DNA from: Candidatus Saccharimonadota bacterium
GTDB lineage: Bacteria; Patescibacteriota; Saccharimonadia; Saccharimonadales; JAQGHD01
DNA length: 64,000 nt
NCBI GenBank assembly: GCA_028288965.1
Contig: JAQGHD010000019.1
Span: 25,202 to 89,201 of the forward strand
Direction: 5' to 3'
Shown: piece after piece, positions 29,150-38,694 of the stretch
Numbering within the stretch: the first letter of the stretch is position 1
Layout of the letters: each line of letters opens with the position of its first letter
The notes under the pieces: model-generated
The model's database searches: none
Seen by the model: only the letters and a program-made list of their open reading frames with translations
What the model was told of the DNA's origin: nothing
Position numbers and translations under genes: made by a program

Positions 29150-30007
29150 TTAGTTGTTGATGTTGTTCATAAGGCCTCCTTTCTTCATTGCGTCGATCAG
29201 CCGCGTTAACCCAATCCCGCCGCCACTGCGAGGGAAGAAGTTAAGCTCCAAGAACTCCTGAAGTTCACTAATGACTCGTTGTTTGCCAAACAGATCGAAT
29301 AATTTCTGTGCATATTTGCCGCCGCTAATGGTGTGGAATTCGTGCTGCATGTCCGTAACGCTACTGCTACGTTCGGCGCTGCCGATGGTTTCGTTGCCAG
29401 CAAGAATAACATCTATTTTGTGGGCATGATCCCGGCCCTTTTTCTTCATGTTCCAGAAAGGCGATGTATAGGTAGGGAAATCCCGGCAAAACACCACCGC
29501 GCCAAAGTCTTGCTGCATTTCGTTTTCGTGAGCATGGGTGAGTTCGCGAGTTTTGTAGTGATGCTTCAGTTCGTCATATTTTTTGAAGTGGTAGTCGCTG
29601 GATTTGCCAAAGCCGAGGTATTCTAGGAGCTCGGTCTCGAATTTCATAAGTTGTTCTATGTTGCCCTTCAGTTCAAACTCGAACATTGGGAATAGTATTT
29701 TATGGCGCCCAGGCACAGGGTGCTGTTCGTTACGGTAGCTGGTGCTGACACAAAATACTCCTGGCACCTCCGGCCGGGTAAGTAGTTCGTACTCCAGCCA
29801 CATTTGCCCGGTTTGGGGCAAGGGCCAGACCTCGCCAGCATAGTGGTAAGTGGCTACTGTGTCAGGATCTTCGCAAGCCGCCAGAATGCTGAGCCTATCT
29901 TGGGTGCTAACTTCAATAAAGCCCTTTTTAAGGCAGAAGCTTCGCAGCTTGTTTACCACGGCACTAAACGCGGTGGTGTCTTCTACTCCTTTATAATTGT
30001 TGACCAT
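29150..30007 (-). CDS. Class II aminoacyl-tRNA-synthetase catalytic-core-like protein (AsnA-type aspartate-ammonia ligase or related amino acid ligase)
   Basis: 285 aa lacking an anticodon-binding domain; motif-2-like STSYRNEQHPVPGRH and motif-3-like SGGGIGLTRL as in AsnA/AspRS/AsnRS cores. Confidence 0.5.
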   Translation of the reverse strand: MVNNYKGVEDTTAFSAVVNKLRSFCLKKGFIEVSTQDRLSILAACEDPDTVATYHYAGEVWPLPQTGQMWLEYELLTRPEVPGVFCVSTSYRNEQHPVPGRHKILFPMFEFELKGNIEQLMKFETELLEYLGFGKSSDYHFKKYDELKHHYKTRELTHAHENEMQQDFGAVVFCRDFPTYTSPFWNMKKKGRDHAHKIDVILAGNETIGSAERSSSVTDMQHEFHTISGGKYAQKLFDLFGKQRVISELQEFLELNFFPRSGGGIGLTRLIDAMKKGGLMNNINN

Positions 30008-30042
30008 TGTTCCTCCTTTTTTGGGTTGATAATTTTAGTGCA

Positions 30043-30075
30043 TAAAAAAACAGCCCCGAAGGGCTGTCCTTTTTG
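30043..30075. terminator. Bidirectional intrinsic terminator (AAAAAAACAGCCCCGAAGGGCTGTCCTTTTT)
   Basis: 7-bp GC-rich stem with CGAA tetraloop flanked by an A-run on one side and a T-run on the other; sits 36 nt upstream of the minus-strand AsnA-like start. Confidence 0.6.
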
Positions 30076-30267
30076 GAAAAAATATCCCGTGTGCTTATGG
30101 CGCATCGGGGTACCTATTTTTATGCATTACGTTACACGTTAGCATAAACGGAATTGGCGTGCAACAATTTTTAAGACTTACACGCATAAAAGAATAACTT
30201 TGTTGGTGATAAATGAGCATTGTCCAGCTGACTGGAGTTGGCGAAGGAATGGTTATAGAATAAGTTT

Positions 30268-30702
30268 ATGGAAGGTTTCCCACATTCAGAAGAGCCAAAG
30301 GAGTTACCGGCCGAATTACCGGTAGCGGACCCGGTTATTCAGGAAAAACTTGAATCACTGCCGCTGCAAGTAGCTGGGGAGAGATATGCGGACTTTCCCA
30401 ATCGCCGACAGGCACTGAGGGGCAAAGATTCGGAAAATCTGACCGTATTCTTATCACATGCGATTGCCCAGAAACTATATCGCTGCCCATGCTGCTCTGG
30501 TGACATCCCAATTGGCAGCGAGCATGTCATAATGAGCCGCGTTCAAATGTCCAAAAAATATACGCATCACCACGTTGATTTTACCTGTACGCAAGCCGTA
30601 ATTTTACCGAGTCTGACCACTATTGAAAAAATAAATCCTCAAGATGCTTCCGCCAGTGCGGTCAACAAACGAGCACGACGTTTTAGGAATAAGCACCGCT
30701 AA
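30268..30702 (+). CDS. Hypothetical protein with CxCC...H-rich putative zinc site
   Basis: 144 aa; YRCPCCSGDIP...HHHVDFTC. Confidence 0.35.
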   Translation: MEGFPHSEEPKELPAELPVADPVIQEKLESLPLQVAGERYADFPNRRQALRGKDSENLTVFLSHAIAQKLYRCPCCSGDIPIGSEHVIMSRVQMSKKYTHHHVDFTCTQAVILPSLTTIEKINPQDASASAVNKRARRFRNKHR

Positions 30703-30752
30703 GTCGTAATTGCAGCAGTGTTAATGACGATTCTTTTTGCTATGATACTGCT

Positions 30753-31022
30753 ATGAAAATAAGGCCGGAGCAATTTATAAAAGATAAGCACGGGCGCATT
30801 GTCCTGTGGCAAACGCCCAACCTACTTTTATGGACTTGGATTGTTCTCAAAATAATTATATTTCTAATAAGCGCTGGCAAACTAAAAAGCAGTCTAGGGC
30901 AATTAAATACCGCGGTGCTTTTTGCCTGGGCGTATCTTGAGGCCACCAAAGGCGTTAGCTATTTTCGGCAAGCACTTGGCACAGTGGTGCTGGCCAGTAT
31001 AATTATTGGCTTCTTTAGATAG
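30753..31022 (+). CDS. Small membrane protein
   Basis: 89 aa, two hydrophobic helices. Confidence 0.3.
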   Translation: MKIRPEQFIKDKHGRIVLWQTPNLLLWTWIVLKIIIFLISAGKLKSSLGQLNTAVLFAWAYLEATKGVSYFRQALGTVVLASIIIGFFR

Positions 31023-31047
31023 CGCATCCGTTTGCTACAATAGCCGC

Positions 31048-31564
31048 ATGCCACACATACATACAGAACACGGCCAGTATGATTTCACCTCCAGTGCTTT
31101 TATAGTACGTATGGATACCCCAGAGCCACAAAGTGTTAGGCACCTATCTGCAATTTGGTGGTCATGTAGAGCTTGATGAAAATCCCTGGCAAACCGTCGC
31201 CCATGAAGTGTTGGAAGAAACCGGCTATGACTTAAATCAACTCAAAATAATGCAACCCAAAAGTCGGCTGCGGAAATTAACCGGCGTGACACTTCATCCA
31301 GAGCCTGTGATAATGCTGTCGCATGAATTCAGCCCCGGACATTTCCATACCGATATTGAATACTTGTTTGTTGCCACAGGTGAGCCAAGTCATGCTGTTG
31401 GCAACGATGAGTCTACCGACATCCGGGCTTTTAGCCAGGCGGAACTCATGGATGAGTCCATTCCAAACATTCCAGAGAACATTCGTGAGGTAGGCTCATT
31501 TATATTAAGCCATCGCTTAATTGAATGGGAACCAGTCGATGTCAGCGAGTTTTCGCTAGATTAG
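31048..31564 (+). pseudogene. NUDIX hydrolase gene disrupted by a +/-1 frameshift (or sequencing indel) near 31125-31135
   Basis: Frame A from ATG 31048 encodes MPHIHTEHGQYDFTSSAFIVRMDTPEPQSV (typical NUDIX N-terminal beta strands) and then hits a stop. Frame B (31133..31564) begins directly with the Nudix box GGHVELDENPWQTVAHEVLEETGY, which is too close to the start. The two parts join cleanly if one base is removed at the AAA run at about 31130. Confidence 0.55.
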
Positions 31565-31944
31565 GTTTGTAGGACAGAGAGAATGTTGCCAGCCGGGTCT
31601 TTGAACCAGGCAATATCGGGACCCTGGTTAGCAGCCTTGCCGCGCATAATACCTTTTTGGTCAGGACTAGCGGGCATGTTGTCATAGTGCTCAAAGCTGA
31701 CGCCGTTTTTAGCTAGATCGTCTACGGTGGCGTCTATGTCATCGACAACAAAGTTTAATATGGTAAAAGTGGCTGGTTGATGATCTGATTTTTCATAGAC
31801 AAATATTTCTCCACCGCCGGGCAACTTAAGTTGTAAGCCCATTTCTTCGTTAGCTATCTCCAGCCCGAGCGTTTGGGTGTAAAACTCCTTGGCCTTAGCT
31901 AAATCGTTTACTGAAAATCCACTAAATGCTGCAGTTGCTTTCAT
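31561..31944 (-). CDS. VOC family protein (glyoxalase/bleomycin-resistance fold)
   Basis: 127 aa; two beta-alpha-beta-beta-beta modules; the N-terminus FSGFSVNDLAKAKEFYTQTLGLEI is typical. Confidence 0.65.
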   Translation of the reverse strand: MKATAAFSGFSVNDLAKAKEFYTQTLGLEIANEEMGLQLKLPGGGEIFVYEKSDHQPATFTILNFVVDDIDATVDDLAKNGVSFEHYDNMPASPDQKGIMRGKAANQGPDIAWFKDPAGNILSVLQT

Positions 31945-32091
31945 ATTTATCTCCTTATGTTGCTCTTTTCATAGTAGCCCAGCGGGGTAGATCACGCAAA
32001 AAATAATTAAGCTTAGCGAAGTGTAGGTCACAAAAAAAGCGCCACATCACCGGAGGGTACGAAGCGCTTTTAAAAATGGTGGTGGGGCTAT

Positions 32092-32538
32092 TTAGTTATT
32101 GGGGTCTTCTGTGCCTCCTTGTTCTGCGCCGGATCCGTTCGGTCCGTTTTCCACGCTAGTTACTTTAAAGTTGGCATCTAATTTAACGGTGACTCGGCTG
32201 CCATCCGATTTCGTGAGGTGGGCTTCATAGGTAGCACCTTCGGCATCGTTCTCTACCCTTTGAACGGTTGCGCCGGGCACCGCGGCTTCGGCTGCTGCCT
32301 TAGCTTTGGAAGCGGTATCGCCAGTTAGCACTGCTTCCTTCGTTCCATTGTCTCCCACATGGCCACCTTGGGTTTGGTCTTGTTGAGAAGTTCCCGTGGC
32401 CGCTGTAGTAGTTGTTGGTGTGGTGGTGGCCGATGCGGCATTGGCGGTCAGTGAGGTTACTGCCGATCCGCCGGCAATGCCAACAAATGCTGCCGCTCCT
32501 AAAACCGCCGGATATAACAATTTTTTTGTAATTTGCAT
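32092..32538 (-). CDS. Secreted PepSY-like domain protein
   Basis: Signal peptide, T-rich linker, C-terminal ~60 aa (AEAAVPGATVQRVENDAEGATYEAHLTKSDGSRVTVKLDANFKV) fits the PepSY pattern. Confidence 0.5.
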   Translation of the reverse strand: MQITKKLLYPAVLGAAAFVGIAGGSAVTSLTANAASATTTPTTTTAATGTSQQDQTQGGHVGDNGTKEAVLTGDTASKAKAAAEAAVPGATVQRVENDAEGATYEAHLTKSDGSRVTVKLDANFKVTSVENGPNGSGAEQGGTEDPNN

Positions 32539-32912
32539 AGTTCCTCCTTATTACTTAAGGCCCTTACTGCGCGCTTATGTGGGCACGCTCAATAATCGCA
32601 CACTAAACTTGGAACGGACTGAATAAAAAAGCCCCAGGCTCTGGGGCTCCTTAAGGTGAGTGTCGAAAGAAGTTATTCGCTATCGCTGTCTGCCATAGAC
32701 TTCTGAAAGTCTTCTAAATCTTTATCACTTATATCCCTCATGAGGTCGATTTTATCCTTATCAATATTCTTGTCATCGGACATATATTCCCCCGTACTTA
32801 TGTTGCCCATCTAGTGTAGCTACTTAACCTGGTGCTGTAAGTGAGATATCTGGTAGTGCTGGTCGGTGCCACTGGTTGCTTATCGTCTCATTTTATATTA
32901 TTGTTTGTACTT

Positions 32913-33899
32913 ATGACGGATTTAGAAGGTGTAATCAAAGGCCCGGAACAACAAGCCGGCGAATACTGGCAAAAAGCTTCAGGAATAATTAAAGATCATC
33001 CAGAATTATTAGAGCACAGAACTTCTATTGATGGTGAGACACATTTATTAATAACCCCCTCATTTAGCCCAGCTCAAAGAACTATTTACAAAAGTCATAA
33101 AGGTGGAGGAAGCCTAAGCCCTTTACTGGTGGTAAAAGAGATTAAGGGCAAAACCCGGTCCGAAACTGAAATTTATTCACAAAGCTATGCTATTGCTGCT
33201 CAAGTCAACAAGGATTGGTGTTATAAGCCCGGCATGCCATTGCTACTTGTTATTAACGACAATACCGCCAATGCTCAAATAAAATTTAACTTTTTTGGGG
33301 ACGGGTTAGTCCGTTTGGACAATAGCTTTGCTGGTATCGATGATAATAATGCAGTTGGCAAGATACTCGACTACATCGATGAGTGCATGGATGCTAAGCA
33401 GGAACGCGAAGAAAATAAGCGGCACAATAGACACGTACGGCGTTGGCTAGCTGGCGGTATGGTGGCTACTTTGCTAGGCACTGGTGGATTAGCTGGTAAT
33501 ATTCTCGTCAATAAACGTGATGCTACACTCAGGCGTGCCGAAGCAGCCCGCGCTTTCGATGCCAGTAATGTGCAAGTTCCCGGTAACGGACCGGCGGCCG
33601 ATACGGCTATCTTTGTAAAATCAGACGGCAGCTTTTTTAGCCAGGCTATTCCTGATGTACAAAACGGGGAGACATTTGTTCATCCTCGGGTTATACATGT
33701 AGATGAAGGTATATGCTACGGTGCCCTGGCAGTTAATCCATTAACAGAAGCAGTTAGATTAGTGACCGATGCTCCTGCCGAATCTATTGTAGCCACACGC
33801 GGCAGTAATGGTGATATACAACTTTGCGCCGAAAATGATAGTGACCCAAGCACATTAACTTCATATAAAGTAGCTGCACAAGTAGTAAATAACGGCTAG
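32913..33899 (+). CDS. Hypothetical protein with central TM segment (ORF could start at 32841)
   Basis: 328 aa from the internal Met; hydrophobic segment RRWLAGGMVATLLGTGGLAGNILV. Confidence 0.4.
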   Translation: MTDLEGVIKGPEQQAGEYWQKASGIIKDHPELLEHRTSIDGETHLLITPSFSPAQRTIYKSHKGGGSLSPLLVVKEIKGKTRSETEIYSQSYAIAAQVNKDWCYKPGMPLLLVINDNTANAQIKFNFFGDGLVRLDNSFAGIDDNNAVGKILDYIDECMDAKQEREENKRHNRHVRRWLAGGMVATLLGTGGLAGNILVNKRDATLRRAEAARAFDASNVQVPGNGPAADTAIFVKSDGSFFSQAIPDVQNGETFVHPRVIHVDEGICYGALAVNPLTEAVRLVTDAPAESIVATRGSNGDIQLCAENDSDPSTLTSYKVAAQVVNNG

Positions 33900-33920
33900 G
33901 CTATTTATCTGTAAGTAAGT

Positions 33921-35339
33921 TTATTCGTAGTGCAGAGCTTCAACAGGATCGAGCTTGGCAGCCCGATGCGCAGGATAGAGCCCGGCTAACATACCAATCA
34001 TGGTGGTAACTGCGATTACAGTTAAAATGAGCCAAATGGGCAGTGTAATAATATCGTGAGCTTGAACACTCTGGCTAGCCAGTTGTTTGTTGATAAATAC
34101 GTTGGCAATCCTGGTTAGGCCGTACCCTACGCCTACGCCGAACACGCCGCCCCAAAAACCAAGTAGGGAAGCCTCAAAGGTAAATAGTCTGCTAACCGTT
34201 GAGCGACGAGCCCCCACGGCACGCATCACACCAATTTCTCGGGTTCGTTCCAGGATGGCCATGACCATGGTGTTAACCACGCCAATGGCCGCGACAGCCA
34301 GGGCGATACCGCCAATGCCGCCGAGTACCAAGCCCACGACGTTAAAGATAGCTAGCTGGGAGTTGATCATACTTTCGGCATCGGCCGCCCCAACATTGAA
34401 TTTCTTGATGTCGGCAGCTACTTGCTTGGCGTTTTTAGCATTATCAGCTTTCACTACCAGCTGGTCATAGCCGTTGGTGTCCACAAAGTTAGTGGTAATA
34501 AGCGACATGTGCTGGGTCGAATTACAGGCGCCGCGTGCATTTTTACAGGCTGCTTCTTGGGCTATTTGGTCGGCTTTAGTGAACTCATAATGACGCTCTT
34601 GGTTCATGCCAATCGCCCAATCCACGGGTACCCGTACAGCTGTAGAAGTGGTGCTGGTGTCCATAATGCCGACGATGGTGGCAGTTAACACTGTAGGCGG
34701 CTGCTGCAGTTTGTTGTCACAGGGGCCATTACACGGCACAGGTTGCTTTACAACCGCCCCAACGCCGCTATAGAAACTGCGGCTTTGCAAACTTATTTGC
34801 TTGCCGATTAATCCGTTATAATTGCCTTTAAAGCCAAACTTGTCCGCGTAATCAGAGGTGAAGACGGCTACGCCTTCTTTGTCACTTGGCTGGAGGTCAT
34901 GGCCGGCGAGAATATTGTTATGGATCACGCCATTGGCATCAGTGGCATAAACCTGTTCCAGGGTATATTTTTTGCCGCTAAAACTCACGGCTTCAAACGC
35001 CCCAACCCGCATCTGTCGCGCCACTTCCACTACGTGCGGCACCGTTTTAATTTTGGTGATTATAGCATCGGTTAATTTGGTACAGCTGTCACAATTACCG
35101 CCACTGTGGCTGGCATCATTAAAGTCTTTGATATCTGATTTTTGCGAGACGGCTACTTGCTGAAGCATACCATTGGCTTCTACTTGGCTGCGGAAAAACG
35201 TTTTAGCGCCAGTGACGAGCGCGAGCATAATGGTCACGGACGTGGCACCAATGACCACGGCAAAAATGGTTAAAAGCGAGCGCAATTTTTGGCGCCAGAT
35301 GTTGCGCAGAGCGGTAACTATGTAATCAATAAATCTCAT
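33921..35339 (-). CDS. ABC transporter permease, FtsX/MacB family (large periplasmic/extracytoplasmic domain)
   Basis: N-terminal TM, ~250-aa extracytoplasmic domain, C-terminal FtsX 3-TM bundle with conserved TREIGVMRAVGA segment. Confidence 0.8.
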   Translation of the reverse strand: MRFIDYIVTALRNIWRQKLRSLLTIFAVVIGATSVTIMLALVTGAKTFFRSQVEANGMLQQVAVSQKSDIKDFNDASHSGGNCDSCTKLTDAIITKIKTVPHVVEVARQMRVGAFEAVSFSGKKYTLEQVYATDANGVIHNNILAGHDLQPSDKEGVAVFTSDYADKFGFKGNYNGLIGKQISLQSRSFYSGVGAVVKQPVPCNGPCDNKLQQPPTVLTATIVGIMDTSTTSTAVRVPVDWAIGMNQERHYEFTKADQIAQEAACKNARGACNSTQHMSLITTNFVDTNGYDQLVVKADNAKNAKQVAADIKKFNVGAADAESMINSQLAIFNVVGLVLGGIGGIALAVAAIGVVNTMVMAILERTREIGVMRAVGARRSTVSRLFTFEASLLGFWGGVFGVGVGYGLTRIANVFINKQLASQSVQAHDIITLPIWLILTVIAVTTMIGMLAGLYPAHRAAKLDPVEALHYE

Positions 35340-36025
35340 CCTCGGTGCTCCACTAATTTTCCGTCATGGATACTGACCATGCGATGTGCCAGGCGGGCAA
35401 TGGTTTGGTCGTGGGTAATAATCAGTAAGGTAATGCCTTGGTGATTGAGGTCTTGCAGTAATTTCATAATTTCGGCGCCACGGGCACTGTCTAAGTTACC
35501 GGTTGGCTCATCGGCAATAATAATACTTGGCTTTACAGCCAGTGCCCGAGCTATGGCCACCCGTTGACGTTGTCCACCAGACAGCTGCGACGGCTTGTGG
35601 TTAACGCGGTCACCCAGACCGACTGCTTGGAGGCACTCTAGTGCCCGGGCTTTACGCTGCTTGCCACGCATCTTAGCGAACACCAGTGGCATAATGACAT
35701 TTTCGAGTGCTGTGTTACTGCCCTGCAAATTAAAACTTTGGAACACAAAGCCAATGTGGTGATTGCGGTAATCGGACAGCGCTCGGTCACGTACATGCGA
35801 TAAATCCTGGCCGTCGACAATCACGTCGCCACTGGTTGGTTTATCCAGGCCGCCAATAATGTTCGCTAAAGTGGATTTACCCGATCCAGACGGGCCGGTA
35901 ATGGCAATAAATTCACCAGCCTGGGCTACTAAGCTGACGTTATCCAGGGCATTGAGTGTTTCGCCACCAAGTTTGTATGTTTTGGTAACGTGTTTTAGTT
36001 CTATGGCGGGAGTTTTTGTTTCCAT
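35336..36025 (-). CDS. ABC transporter ATP-binding protein (MacB/LolD-like)
   Basis: Walker A GPSGSGKST, signature LSGGQRQRVAIARAL, Walker B IIIADEPT; stop overlaps the permease start. Confidence 0.85.
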   Translation of the reverse strand: METKTPAIELKHVTKTYKLGGETLNALDNVSLVAQAGEFIAITGPSGSGKSTLANIIGGLDKPTSGDVIVDGQDLSHVRDRALSDYRNHHIGFVFQSFNLQGSNTALENVIMPLVFAKMRGKQRKARALECLQAVGLGDRVNHKPSQLSGGQRQRVAIARALAVKPSIIIADEPTGNLDSARGAEIMKLLQDLNHQGITLLIITHDQTIARLAHRMVSIHDGKLVEHRG

Positions 36026-36081
36026 CTTAAGTTAGCTTAAGCATAAGCTTTATTGCTACTGAGTTCAAGTACTCCTTACAA

Positions 36082-38322
36082 TTACTGTCCAGTTAACGTG
36101 GCCTGGGGCTGCATGGCTTTTTCAAGATTGACGGCTATCAGGGCCAGATCAGCAATGTCACCATCGTAGGCTAAATATTGCGGTTGCCAGGCCGGCTCAA
36201 ACTTATTCTTAAACTGCTCGAGTCCGCTCGCAGAAAAGCGTTGGCCGCCCAGTGTTCTGGCCAGCCGCGCCACTGCGCCCTTCATGCTGGCTAGCGGTAC
36301 AAAGCCCAGGTCAAAATACTTAAACCGTTGCTGCTGTTCCAACTGCTGAATAAGACTCATGAATAAGTACGGCATGACGCCATCGGCATCGGGCACGAAG
36401 CGCATCAGGTCCACGGTGGCTTGCTTAAGACTATGGAAAATGGGTAGCTCGTTGGCAAAAGCCAGCAGCTGGCCATCTTGGTCACGAACGGTATGTAGGG
36501 TGCAGGCCTGCAGGTAGGTTTCATCAAAGTAGCCCAGCGCAAAGCCGCGCTCTTGGCGGTTATCATGCTGTAGCCAGGCGTCGGAAACACTTTTAAGTTC
36601 CTGCATGACTGTGGCTGTATGCGGCGGCGTTAACTGGGCATAGCTATAGCCGAGTTTTTTGCCACGGTTACGCTGCCAGCGCCACCATTTGTTGTTGAGC
36701 GTTTGAGTGACAAAGTGCTGGACGTCTACCACAGCGCTGGCGCCAACTTTTATGGTGTCTAGTTCGGCAGTTTTATATAGTGACAGTGAGCTTTCTGGTA
36801 TGGGCAAAAAGCAGGCCCGCAGGCCTTTAGAGCGGCAAAACGTAATAAAATTGGTTAACAATTTTTGCTGAATAACTGTGGGTGCAATCGGATCAGCCAA
36901 GGCGTAAGCAATCGAGCCAGCTACGCGGTAAGCAATAAAGCCGGTTTGGTCACTAGCCCAAAAATACTGTTTGTCCGGCGGCCAGAGTTTAAAGAAATCC
37001 TCACTACTATTGGCATGGTTTTGCAAAAGCTGGCGTATACGCTGCGTATTAAAATCATCACCAGTTGTTTCTATGTGCGTTGGTCTAAACAAGCTCCATA
37101 AGATAAACCAAAGCGTAGCTATAATCAGCGCCAATAGTGTATGAGCCAGCAGCGCACTTTGCAACGGCTCCGCAGTCTCGGTATGTACTTTAAAGATAAA
37201 GTCAGTAAAATGATGCAACAGCATTTCGACAATGCGTGAGTGCGATCTGGTGCGGGTCAGTACAAATGCACTGCCGGTAATGGCCAGTGCCACCCCCACA
37301 AGCACCACGTAAATGTCACGCCAGCGATCTTGCCAACTAAAGTAACTAGCGCCTCTATCAAACAGCGGCTTAAGCACAAACAGGCCACTAAACGTCAAAA
37401 TATAGAGCGCCAACAGCCAGGCGTGTGGAAAAATTATGGCAAACTTTAGGGCTTCCATGGCGCTAATAAATAAGAATAATTGCCGGGCGCGCTTTTCGCC
37501 GCGCCACAAATGCCGACTCACGTACAGTAGGGTAACGCCGACTATAACTCCGTGCTGTGCCAGCCAGGCGGTGTCCCCAGCAAAATACAAACTGTGTACG
37601 AATTTATAAGGACGAATAGGTTCCAAGTTATTAATGATGGCCAGTAGTCCGTTGGCTCCAGCCCAGACAGCCACCAGACGCCGAATAATTTGTCCGCTAC
37701 GTGGGCGGGTGGTTAGGGGTTGGCCATCGGCCGCCAGTTGGCCTATGTACCAGGTTAGCCAGACGATGATGCTGGCTTGATACAAGTACTGCATAAGGGT
37801 ATTGATATGGTTGGTACTGGCCAGTTGGGTGACAAACAAGAAACCATACAGCACCTGAAAGCTGACGTAAAACGTAGAGGTTAGCCGCCTTTCTTTGAGT
37901 GCATCGTAGGTAGACACTACAAATACCAGGAGAGAAGTTACCACGGTTTCAATGGCGTGCAAAACAAAGGCTACCGACACATACTCCACGCAATTATTAC
38001 CACTGATGCGGCAGGTAGTGGTAAACAAAGGATCGCCTAAAATGCCCAACCCAATGATGATGAGCCCGTAGGTTACAAGGGCTGGGAGCTTTCGACGCTT
38101 TTGTATGTGATACACGGCAGCAATAATTAAACAGCCGGCCAATATATCGCCAATCCTAAATAACCAAGCATAGGGCTGACCGGGCACTTCGTATTGGCTG
38201 ATCAGGGCTGTTCGGTCGGATAGTAAAGGATTAAGTAGTGGCGCCCAAAACCAAGTGGTTCCCAGCACCAGCAGCAACCATTGCCATATGTACAGGCGTT
38301 TAAGCCGGAGAGTATGAATCAT
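36082..38322 (-). CDS. mprF: MprF-like bifunctional aminoacyl-phosphatidylglycerol flippase/synthase (multi-TM N-terminus + DUF2156/LPG-synthase C-terminal domain)
   Basis: About 14 predicted TM helices followed by a soluble C-terminal domain with the DUF2156 pattern (NNKWWRWQRNRGKKLGYSY...). Confidence 0.65.
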   Translation of the reverse strand: MIHTLRLKRLYIWQWLLLVLGTTWFWAPLLNPLLSDRTALISQYEVPGQPYAWLFRIGDILAGCLIIAAVYHIQKRRKLPALVTYGLIIIGLGILGDPLFTTTCRISGNNCVEYVSVAFVLHAIETVVTSLLVFVVSTYDALKERRLTSTFYVSFQVLYGFLFVTQLASTNHINTLMQYLYQASIIVWLTWYIGQLAADGQPLTTRPRSGQIIRRLVAVWAGANGLLAIINNLEPIRPYKFVHSLYFAGDTAWLAQHGVIVGVTLLYVSRHLWRGEKRARQLFLFISAMEALKFAIIFPHAWLLALYILTFSGLFVLKPLFDRGASYFSWQDRWRDIYVVLVGVALAITGSAFVLTRTRSHSRIVEMLLHHFTDFIFKVHTETAEPLQSALLAHTLLALIIATLWFILWSLFRPTHIETTGDDFNTQRIRQLLQNHANSSEDFFKLWPPDKQYFWASDQTGFIAYRVAGSIAYALADPIAPTVIQQKLLTNFITFCRSKGLRACFLPIPESSLSLYKTAELDTIKVGASAVVDVQHFVTQTLNNKWWRWQRNRGKKLGYSYAQLTPPHTATVMQELKSVSDAWLQHDNRQERGFALGYFDETYLQACTLHTVRDQDGQLLAFANELPIFHSLKQATVDLMRFVPDADGVMPYLFMSLIQQLEQQQRFKYFDLGFVPLASMKGAVARLARTLGGQRFSASGLEQFKNKFEPAWQPQYLAYDGDIADLALIAVNLEKAMQPQATLTGQ

Positions 38323-38454
38323 TATCTATATTGTACTGACTGCCGCACTGACTGCCAAAGCGTCTATTCCAGTTGGCTGTTAAATATATTACAGAGCTTT
38401 TGCTATATGGTGCTTACAATTATGATGCCAACTAAGAAAGCACGGGAGGAAATA

Positions 38455-38565
38455 TGGCAGAGATGAAAAAGAAGTCGAATCGAGGATTAGCCAGCGCTGA
38501 TGCTGCAACTCGGCAGCGTGTTGCTCGTATGGGCGGCAAGGCCAGCCACGGCCGCCGCAAATAAG
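38455..38565 (+). CDS. Small KGG-repeat stress-induced protein (36 aa), not in the ORF track
   Basis: MAEMKKKSNRGLASADAATRQRVARMGGKASHGRRK; the GGKAS / ...QR...G pattern matches the KGG stress-protein repeat. Followed by a terminator. Confidence 0.45.
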
Positions 38566-38603
38566 CAGCTGATCACCCAACTATACCATTAAGAATTAAC
38601 ATA

Positions 38604-38640
38604 GAAGGGGCGTTCATTGTGAGGGCGCCTCTTTTTATTT
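38604..38640 (+). terminator. Intrinsic terminator (GGGGCG..CGCCTC stem + TTTTTATTT)
   Basis: Hairpin plus T-run immediately after the KGG ORF and before folD. Confidence 0.5.
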
Positions 38641-38694
38641 ACCCCTGTCCAGCAGCTTGCTATATTTAGGGGTGGATGGTACGGTTATATCCGT

